64,000 bases of DNA from Nitrososphaerales archaeon (lineage in GTDB: Archaea > Thermoproteota > Nitrososphaeria > Nitrososphaerales > Gagatemarchaeaceae): assembly GCA_030038395.1 (NCBI GenBank), contig JASHOZ010000056.1, positions 23,607 to 87,606 of the forward strand, read 5' to 3'. The notes under the pieces were generated by a model, which saw only the letters and a program-made list of their open reading frames with translations, made no database searches and was not told where the DNA came from. Position 1 is the first letter of the stretch. Every line of letters begins with the position of its first letter. A program made the position numbers and the translations under genes. Below are positions 57,069 through 64,000 of the stretch, piece by piece.

Positions 57069-58997
57069 TTGTCAGATGGACAGAGGCGCTTGGCGGCGAT
57101 CATGTTCACCGACATGGTAGGCTACACCGCCCTAGGGCAGAGAAACGAGTCTCTGTCTCTCGCACTGGTGGAAGAGCACCGAAAGCTCGTGAGGCCCATC
57201 CTCGCGAGACACAACGGGAGGGAAGTGAAGACGATGGGAGATGCCTTCCTTGTCGAGTTCCCCAACGCACTAGACGCAGTCAGATGCGCCTACGACATAC
57301 AGAGGGCGGCTAGGGAATTCAACATCTCGCTCCCCGACGAGAGGAGGATACACATGCGGATAGGGGTCCACCTTGGGGATGTCGTAGAGTCGGACGGCGA
57401 CATCTCGGGAGACGCCGTGAACGTCGCTTCGAGAGTGGAGCCTCTAGCCGAGGACGGGGGCGTCTGCATAACGGGGGAGCTCTATGGCCAGGTCAGGAAC
57501 AAGATTGACCTGCGAATGTCGAGCCTTGGAGCGAAGGCGCTCAAGAATGTGGCTTCGCCGGTAGAGGTCTACAAGGTCGAGATGCCATGGGAGAGTCAGG
57601 TGGCGGACGGCGATCTCGACGTCAGGAGGGTGGCCGTCCTCCCGTTCGTCAGCCTGAGCCCCGACCCCAACGACGAGTACTTCGCCGACGGATTGACGGA
57701 AGAGCTCATCGACAGGGTGTGCCAGGTCAAGGAACTTGCGGTCATCGCCAGGACGTCTGTCATGAACTACAAGGGGGCGAAGAAGAACGCGTCACAGATA
57801 GGAAGAGAACTGAGGGCAGGCGCGCTCGTGGAGGGGAGCGTCAGGAAGGCCTCGAACAAGATCAGAGTCACGGCCCAGCTCATAAGGGCTGACACTGAGG
57901 AGCACCTCTGGTCATCGAAGTACGATAGGGACATGGCAGACGTGTTCGAGGTCCAGAGCGACATCGCAGAAAGGGTGGCCGAGGCGCTGAAGGTCCAGCT
58001 TCTCCCAGCGGAGAGGGAGGCGGTGCAGAGGAAGCCCACCGAGAGCGCAGCCGCGTACGCGCTCTATCTCAAGGGGAGATACTATTGGAATGAGAGGACC
58101 GAGGAGGGGCTGAGGAAGGCGGCCGAATACTTCCAGAAGGCGATAGACCTGGACCCCGCGTTCGCCAGGGCGTATTCCGGGCTCGCTGACACTTACTCCA
58201 TCATGAGGTTCCAAGGCTCCGCTCCCGCCCGGGAGTCGGGTGCCAAAGCCAGGGCTCTCGCGGAGAAGGCGCTGGAGATTGACGGCTCGCTCGCGGAGGC
58301 TTGCGCGTCACTGGCTTTCGTACAGGACGATGCTTTCAATTGGGAAGAGTCCGAAAGGCTCTACAGGAAGGCCATCGAGCTCAACCCAAGCTACGCGACG
58401 GGGCACTTCTGGTACAGCATCCTGCTGACGTGGCTCTGGCGGTTCGACGAAGCGGTCGAGGAGGCGAGGCGGGCGGAGGAGCTCGACCCTCTATCCCAAG
58501 CCACCTCCATCGCCCTCGGCCAAGTTCTCGTTTACGCTCGCAGGAACGACGAAGCCATCAGGCACCTTCAGGAAAGGATCAGGGCCGACCCCGGCTTCGC
58601 CTCGCCCCACTTCATACTCGGGGTCGCTTACTTCTACGGCGGAATGTACGAGAAGGCGGTCGAGGAGCTGCGCGTCGCGATCTCCATCGAGGGGCGCAGC
58701 CTCAGCCGTCCCCTGGCGGCCTTGGGGTGGTGTCTTGCCAGGCTGGGGAGGGAACGGGAGGCGAGGGAGACTCTGGAGGAGCTGAAAGGACGGAAGATCT
58801 CAAAGAGCGTCCTTGGGGCACTCTACGTGGAGCTCGGTGAGAGGGAGGAGGCAGTAAGGTGCGTCCAAGAGGCCTTCGAGGCAAGGGAGCCAGGGCTGGG
58901 CTGGATCAGCGGGATGCTCCCCCTGGATGCCCTGCGCTCTGATGCGAGGTTCGTCGCCGTGCTGGAGAGGATGAACCTGCCGACGGGTCGGCTGTAA
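57069..58997 (+). CDS. Class III adenylate/guanylate cyclase + TolB-like + TPR protein (paralog 2)
   Basis: FTDMVGYT, VKTMGDAF, DISGDAVNVASRVE; VAVLPF...YFADGLTEE; TPR repeats. Confidence 0.92.
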   Translation: MSDGQRRLAAIMFTDMVGYTALGQRNESLSLALVEEHRKLVRPILARHNGREVKTMGDAFLVEFPNALDAVRCAYDIQRAAREFNISLPDERRIHMRIGVHLGDVVESDGDISGDAVNVASRVEPLAEDGGVCITGELYGQVRNKIDLRMSSLGAKALKNVASPVEVYKVEMPWESQVADGDLDVRRVAVLPFVSLSPDPNDEYFADGLTEELIDRVCQVKELAVIARTSVMNYKGAKKNASQIGRELRAGALVEGSVRKASNKIRVTAQLIRADTEEHLWSSKYDRDMADVFEVQSDIAERVAEALKVQLLPAEREAVQRKPTESAAAYALYLKGRYYWNERTEEGLRKAAEYFQKAIDLDPAFARAYSGLADTYSIMRFQGSAPARESGAKARALAEKALEIDGSLAEACASLAFVQDDAFNWEESERLYRKAIELNPSYATGHFWYSILLTWLWRFDEAVEEARRAEELDPLSQATSIALGQVLVYARRNDEAIRHLQERIRADPGFASPHFILGVAYFYGGMYEKAVEELRVAISIEGRSLSRPLAALGWCLARLGREREARETLEELKGRKISKSVLGALYVELGEREEAVRCVQEAFEAREPGLGWISGMLPLDALRSDARFVAVLERMNLPTGRL

Positions 58998-59110
58998 GAG
59001 TCGTCCCGGCGCTTCGCGCCACTGAGCTGTGTCTTTTATACGCGGCAAGTCGGACGGTCGAGAACATCGGTGGAGTCGTGTCGGACGCGCAGCCCGGAGT
59101 AGTGACCTAG

Positions 59111-60001
59111 ATGCAGTCTTCGAAGTCATACCTCGTCGTCCCTGCCCGGATGAACAACGGCTCCGTCGAAGCCTGGAGCACCAAACGGCTGCCGCCCGAG
59201 CCGAGAGGAGAGTTCCGGTCGATGCGCGACGAGATCGGCAAGGCCGTGGCCGAGCTCGAGTGCGGGCCTGAGCAGGTCCTACATGGCACCTACATGTCCA
59301 GCGTCAGTGAGAGGCAACCCATCGACACGGAGAACACGCTCTTCTACAACGTCCCGACCAACTGCTTCGCAAAGTCTGCCCGCGTGGGGATTAAGTTCGA
59401 AAGGGTCTTCGCGGCGCCCCCTCTGGCGCCTCATCCCATGGGCTCGCGGGCGCTGCACTACCAGTCATACCGGCTGCTGAACAGGAGGGCCGCCTTCTCC
59501 AGCTGGTCCCTCGCCAACGTCGCGGCCTCCTTCAGCGGGGTCAGGTGTCGCTCGACATCGGTGGAAGCTGTCTGGGAGGCCATGAGAGGAGACCGAGAGC
59601 TCGCAGTGGCCACCGGCAGCCTGGGGAGCTACTTCGGGCTCAGCGTCACTGTCCGACCGCCGGCAGGAACGGCCCCTCTCAACCTCGTGAATCTCCTCAA
59701 ACCTGTTTTCGACGGCGTGGTCTCGTCCTTCCACCAGCACGACGGGACAGACGACGCGGAGCTGGGTCGGCGGGTCGCGGGTAGCTTGGAGAGCGAGCCG
59801 GAGAGGGTTTCACAGCTCCTGGTGGATGGCAGTCAGGCGGTACTTGGGAGTAGGAGGCTTCTCTGGAGAAGAGGCGACGGGGTCCAGTGGGGACCCGCCG
59901 ACGACCGGTGCGTGGCGGGGGAACTTCTTCTCGGAGAAGTGTCGGAGGGCGGATTCTACGAGTTGTCGGGGAAGCTGACGGCCGCAATTGCGACCTCCTA
60001 G
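59111..60001 (+). CDS. Hypothetical protein
   Basis: 296-aa ORF with globular composition (DTENTLFYNV, LKPVFDGVVSSF, QWGPADDRC); no family recognised. Confidence 0.6.
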   Translation: MQSSKSYLVVPARMNNGSVEAWSTKRLPPEPRGEFRSMRDEIGKAVAELECGPEQVLHGTYMSSVSERQPIDTENTLFYNVPTNCFAKSARVGIKFERVFAAPPLAPHPMGSRALHYQSYRLLNRRAAFSSWSLANVAASFSGVRCRSTSVEAVWEAMRGDRELAVATGSLGSYFGLSVTVRPPAGTAPLNLVNLLKPVFDGVVSSFHQHDGTDDAELGRRVAGSLESEPERVSQLLVDGSQAVLGSRRLLWRRGDGVQWGPADDRCVAGELLLGEVSEGGFYELSGKLTAAIATS

Positions 60002-60072
60002 GCGTAGAAGCGAATAACTGGACGGGCCGAGTCTAGCTTATTGCTTAAAGTGCGCCTTGACTCGCCCTTGGA

Positions 60073-60456
60073 TTGGTATCTGACTTGGACGACGCCACCG
60101 CTCGGGTAGTTGAGCTGAAGCAAATGGTAAAGCAGTTCAGCGAAGATCGAGACTGGGACCAGTTCCACAGCGCAAAAGAGTTGGCGATCGGCATAGTCAC
60201 CGAGGCCTCCGAATTGCTAGGGGAGTTCAGGTTCAAATCCGATGCAGAGGTGGACGAGCTCCTTGGGAACAAAACCTCCGCCAAGAGAGTCAGAGACGAA
60301 CTCGCCGACATCCTCTACTTCGCGCTCAGACTTGCTCAGAAGTATGACATCGACGTATCGAACTCGCTCGAAGAGAAGATCACCCAGAATGCCGCGAAGT
60401 ATCCAATTGATAGGGCACGAGGCTCAAACAAGAAGTACACCGAACCCAAAGCATGA
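60073..60456 (+). CDS. MazG-like nucleotide pyrophosphohydrolase (dCTPase/RS21-C6 type)
   Basis: F.EDRDWDQFHSAKELA....EASELL.EF...DELADI...K...NAAKYP. Confidence 0.92.
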   Translation: MVSDLDDATARVVELKQMVKQFSEDRDWDQFHSAKELAIGIVTEASELLGEFRFKSDAEVDELLGNKTSAKRVRDELADILYFALRLAQKYDIDVSNSLEEKITQNAAKYPIDRARGSNKKYTEPKA

Positions 60457-62318
60457 GACTCTATACAGGCTCCTCTGAGCAGTTCATTCAAGACATCCTT
60501 GAGAACAAGCTGGCCGACAAGCTCAGGACGGCATACGAGAGCTACTACTACCGCCTTGCGAGCCCCCAGGAGGTCGTTTCATGGACCAACTCTCTTCAGT
60601 TTGTAAAGAACATCATCGAGTATGCATCCCTAAAGGACAACGTGCTGGTGGTGGAGTACGAGCTTCCCTACTCGAACCGTCGGATTGACTGCCTTCTATT
60701 CGGCAAAGGGGTGGATGCGTCACCCAACGCGGTAATCATGGAACTCAAACAGTGGTCGAAGGTCGAGAATTGTGATCTCGAGAACGAAGTGCTGACTTTC
60801 ACTGGAGGCGCGAACAGACTCGAGGCTCATCCCTCTTTCCAGGCTCAGGGGTACTACTCCTACCTGAAGGACTTCGTCGAGGTCTTCGGGAACAGCACCA
60901 TTAACCTTTCAGCAATCAGCTACTGTCACAACTATTCTCGCGCTTCGGATGCCATGTTCGGCCCCAAATTCCAGTCGATAGTCAAAGACTTCCCTCTGTT
61001 CGCCAAGGAAGATGTACCGGAACTTGCGAAGTACCTGAAGGCACGGCTATCAGCTGGCGACGGCCTAGAGATTCTCAGTAGATTCTCGAGCAGCCCGATA
61101 GGGCCGACAAAGAAGCTTCTCGAGCACACATCGACGATGATTAAGGGGCAAAAAGTATTCAACCTGCTCGAGGACCAGCTGGCAGCGTACTATGCCATCC
61201 TAGACAGAGCGAAGAAAGCCTCCAAGCTGAAACACAAGTGTGTGATTATAGTCCGAGGCGGCCCCGGGACTGGCAAGTCGGTCATAGCTCTGAATGTGAT
61301 TGCCGAACTACTCTCGAAGGGACAGACGGTCTTCCACGCCACAGGGTCAGCTGCGTTCACTAGCACACTCAGGAAGATAGTAGGAACCAGGGCAGCGAGC
61401 ATGTTCAAGTATTTCATCAGCTTCACCAACGTAGAGGAGAACTCAATAGACGTTCTCGTGTGCGACGAAGCCCACAGGATAAGGGCCAAGAGCGTCAGCA
61501 GGTTCACCCCGAAGGCTGAGAGGACGGACAAACCGCAGATTGACGAACTCATCGAAGCCGCCAAGGTTTCGGTCTTCTTCATCGACGACTACCAGGTGGT
61601 CAGGCCGTACGAACATGGAAGCACTGAGATGATTCGCGCCTCTGCAGCGAAGCACTTCGCCGAAGTCTTCGAGTTCGAGCTCAAGACACAGTTCAGGTGC
61701 AGCGGTTCGGGCGGCTATCTCGACTGGCTGGACAATGCGTTGGGCATACGAGAAACCGCGAACATAATGCTGACTAAGAACGAGAAGATGGACTTCCAGA
61801 TATTCGACAGCCCTCACAAGCTTTACGGGGCGATAAGACGGAAGAACGATGAGAAGCCCAACTCCGCCAGAATGGTCGCAGGCTTCTGCTGGCCCTGGAG
61901 CAATCCGAAATCTGACGGAACCCTGGTCGAGGACGTTGTCATCGGAGACTTCCGAATGACTTGGGAGGCAAAGAACGACATGAAGGTGGCTCCGGGTATC
62001 CCTCCGGCGAGACTGTGGGCTTACGACCCGCAAGGAGTGAGCCAGATGGGGAGTATCTACACCATCCAAGGGTTCGAGTTCGACTACGTTGGCGTAGTCT
62101 TTGGCGATGATTTGTCATGGAACCCCGAGTCCAGAACCTGGACCGGGAAACCTCAGAACTCCTCGGACGCTGCGGTGAAGAGGGACAAGGAGAACTTCGT
62201 TCGATACGTCAAAAACGCCTATCGCGTACTACTCACCAGGGGAATGATGGGGTGTTACGTATACTTCGTCAGCAAGGACACTGAAGACTACTTCAGATCT
62301 CTCATCCAGACGAGTTGA
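60453..62318 (+). CDS. DUF2075 (Schlafen group-3-like SF1 helicase) protein with an N-terminal PD-(D/E)xK-like nuclease domain
   Basis: EYELP...RID...MELKQW; Walker A GGPGTGKS, Walker B DEAHR, TQFRCSGS, ARMVAGFCWPW, TIQGFEFDYVGV, YRVLLTRG. ATGA overlap with the MazG-like gene. Confidence 0.92.
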   Translation: MRLYTGSSEQFIQDILENKLADKLRTAYESYYYRLASPQEVVSWTNSLQFVKNIIEYASLKDNVLVVEYELPYSNRRIDCLLFGKGVDASPNAVIMELKQWSKVENCDLENEVLTFTGGANRLEAHPSFQAQGYYSYLKDFVEVFGNSTINLSAISYCHNYSRASDAMFGPKFQSIVKDFPLFAKEDVPELAKYLKARLSAGDGLEILSRFSSSPIGPTKKLLEHTSTMIKGQKVFNLLEDQLAAYYAILDRAKKASKLKHKCVIIVRGGPGTGKSVIALNVIAELLSKGQTVFHATGSAAFTSTLRKIVGTRAASMFKYFISFTNVEENSIDVLVCDEAHRIRAKSVSRFTPKAERTDKPQIDELIEAAKVSVFFIDDYQVVRPYEHGSTEMIRASAAKHFAEVFEFELKTQFRCSGSGGYLDWLDNALGIRETANIMLTKNEKMDFQIFDSPHKLYGAIRRKNDEKPNSARMVAGFCWPWSNPKSDGTLVEDVVIGDFRMTWEAKNDMKVAPGIPPARLWAYDPQGVSQMGSIYTIQGFEFDYVGVVFGDDLSWNPESRTWTGKPQNSSDAAVKRDKENFVRYVKNAYRVLLTRGMMGCYVYFVSKDTEDYFRSLIQTS

Positions 62319-62481
62319 GCTCTGATGCCGCAAGTCTGAAACTCAGAAATCCTACTTCAGTCACCGAGAGTTCTATGCAATCAGATGGACAGTCGACACA
62401 TCGCAATTGTGACAGTTTCTGGTCGAAGAAGTATCTGCGGTGTTCGACAGTAATCACAGGCAACCTCTTTGGAGATGTCAT
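62302..62481 (-). CDS. 59-aa hypothetical protein
   Basis: MTSPKRLPVITVEHRRYFFDQKLSQLRCVDCPSDCIEL...; protein-like but unverified; overlaps the DUF2075 3' end. Confidence 0.35.
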   Translation of the reverse strand: MTSPKRLPVITVEHRRYFFDQKLSQLRCVDCPSDCIELSVTEVGFLSFRLAASELNSSG

Positions 62482-62569
62482 GTCTGGATACATCATGACA
62501 CTACTTAGCACCCAGCCATCTTGCGAGGCTTTTCGCAAGAGAAGCACTCGGCTTGAACCAGAGACTGAG

Positions 62570-62712
62570 TGCCGCGGGTCGGATTTGAGCCGACGACACT
62601 CCGGTCTTTAGCCCGACTTGCGCAGTCGATCAGCCGGATGAAGGAGACAGAACACCAGTTGGTGGATTCCGTTCTCTCCATAGCCCATATCGACAGGCTG
62701 AGCTACCGCGGC
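62570..62712 (-). tRNA. tRNA-Phe(GAA) with three BHB introns: 14 nt at 18/19 (62680-62693), 33 nt at 24/25 (62641-62673), 22 nt at 35/36 (62608-62629)
   Basis: Spliced sequence GCCGCGG TA GCTC AGCCTGGGA GAGC A TCCGG CTGAAGA CCGGA GTGTC GTCGG CTCAAAT CCGAC CCGCGGC A folds to a full cloverleaf; each intron has a 4-bp central helix and two 3-nt bulges. Confidence 0.85.
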
Positions 62713-62814
62713 ACGGTTCGCGACGACCTCTTCGCGCTGACTTAAGACTTTGCGCCATCGCAGAGGTTGCACGGCAACGGATTTATCGAAGAGAGAGCCG
62801 GCCAAGAGTCAATC

Positions 62815-64000
62815 TTGTCTCAGGGGCAGCGCACGCTCGCCGCTATCATGTTTACAGACGTCGTCGGCTACACGGCTATGGCCCACGAGAACGAGTCAGC
62901 CGCCCTCGCCATCCTGGAGGACCACCGGAGGCTGATACGACCCTTGTTCGTGAGCCATGGGGGCCGCGAAATCAAGACCATAGGTGACGCGTTCCTCGTA
63001 AGGTTCGGGAGCGCCCTCGACGCGACGCTCTGCGCGGCCGCCGTCCAGAGCGCCATGAACGACAGGCGGCTGGCCACGGGTGACAAGCTGTCGATCAGGA
63101 TAGGCATCCATGTGGGGGATGTCATCGAGAGCCAGGGCGACGTCCTGGGCGACGCGGTCAACATCGCCTCGAGGATCGAGCCTCTCGCCGAGCCGGGGGG
63201 CGTCTGCGTGTCCGAGCAGGTCTACGACCAGGTGAAGAACAAGGTTCCCTACGCCATGGTCAAGCTCCCTCACAGGGAATTGAAGAACGTGAGCGAGGCG
63301 ATAGAAGTGTACAGGCTGGTCATGCCATGGGAGCAGGGAGAGAAGGCTCAGGAGGCAGAGAGATACCCTCCCAACAGGATAGCGATCCTCCCATTCGCCA
63401 GTTTCAGCTCAGACCCCGAGGACGCCTTCTTCGCCGACGGCGTGACCGACGAGATAATCTCGGCCGCGGCAGGGATAGGGGGGCTGAGCGTCATCTCGAG
63501 GACCTCTGTCATAGGGTACAAAGGGAGCACGAAGAAGGTCAAGGAGATAGGCAGGGAGCTCGAGGTGGGTTCCGTCCTCGAAGGGACCTTCAAGAAGGCC
63601 GGGAACAGGATACGTGTCACGACCCAACTCATCGACGTCGCGGACGACAGGCACGTCTGGGCGCAGAACTACGACAGGACGCTGGACGACGTCTTCGCGG
63701 TGCAGAGCGACGTCGCCAGGCAGGTCGCGGAGGCACTGAAGGTCAGGATCCTCTCGCCTGAGATGGCCCGGCTCAAGAGGAGGCCCACCGAGAGCTCAGC
63801 CGCGTACTCGCTCTACTTGAAAGGAAGGTTCCTGTGGAACAAGAGGGGGCTCGAGGACATCAGAGGGGCGCTGAACTACTTCGAGCAGGCGGCAGCCGAG
63901 GACCCGGCCTTCGCCCTTGGATACGCGGGCCAGGCGGACTGCTACATCCTGCTCCGAAACAACTTCAACATCGAAGAGAAGAAGAACCTCGAGCTTGCAA
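62815..64000 (+). CDS. Class III adenylate/guanylate cyclase + TolB-like + TPR protein (paralog 3; 3'-truncated by the window, missing from the ORF track)
   Basis: TTG start; manual translation gives RTLAAIMFTDVVGYT, IKTIGDAF, DVLGDAVNIASRIE, IAILPF...FFADGVTDEII. Confidence 0.9.
   Translation, partial: MSQGQRTLAAIMFTDVVGYTAMAHENESAALAILEDHRRLIRPLFVSHGGREIKTIGDAFLVRFGSALDATLCAAAVQSAMNDRRLATGDKLSIRIGIHVGDVIESQGDVLGDAVNIASRIEPLAEPGGVCVSEQVYDQVKNKVPYAMVKLPHRELKNVSEAIEVYRLVMPWEQGEKAQEAERYPPNRIAILPFASFSSDPEDAFFADGVTDEIISAAAGIGGLSVISRTSVIGYKGSTKKVKEIGRELEVGSVLEGTFKKAGNRIRVTTQLIDVADDRHVWAQNYDRTLDDVFAVQSDVARQVAEALKVRILSPEMARLKRRPTESSAAYSLYLKGRFLWNKRGLEDIRGALNYFEQAAAEDPAFALGYAGQADCYILLRNNFNIEEKKNLELA

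Noticed and set aside
62570..62640. Initially read as an att-site tRNA fragment or a split (trans-spliced) tRNA half
   Set aside because: The matching 5' exon lies contiguously at 62694-62712 and the intervening DNA resolves into BHB introns
1..64000. CRISPR array, rRNA, integrase or transposase
   Set aside because: No regularly spaced repeats, rRNA-like stretch or recombinase/transposase motifs seen on reading; a small degenerate element could have been missed

Overview
GC-rich archaeal chromosomal segment: it carries TFB, eIF5A, Nob1, HflX, a TRAM protein and tRNAs with bulge-helix-bulge (BHB) introns. Gene content and style suggest a Nitrososphaerota/Thaumarchaeota-like lineage (inference only). 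Most of the window is housekeeping and accessory metabolism: NAD salvage, HMG-CoA synthase, peptidases, oxidoreductases, MFS/ABC/CLC transporters, a VapBC pair and a solo Cas4-like nuclease. The most notable signals are: (1) three tRNA genes carrying six BHB introns, five at non-canonical positions, including a tRNA-Phe(GAA) with three introns, one splitting the anticodon; (2) three paralogous class III nucleotide cyclase-TolB-like-TPR genes with a shared promoter motif; (3) an AT-richer island at the tRNA-Phe 3' end with a coupled MazG-like pyrophosphatase and a nuclease/DUF2075 helicase (candidate defence module); (4) three zinc-finger microproteins (33-49 aa) below the ORF-track cut-off; (5) pncA lying in frame behind a single UGA of pncB, plus two other single-base frameshifts that may be real or sequencing artefacts. 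No CRISPR array, rRNA, integrase or transposase was seen. All protein calls come from motif recognition by eye, not database searches.
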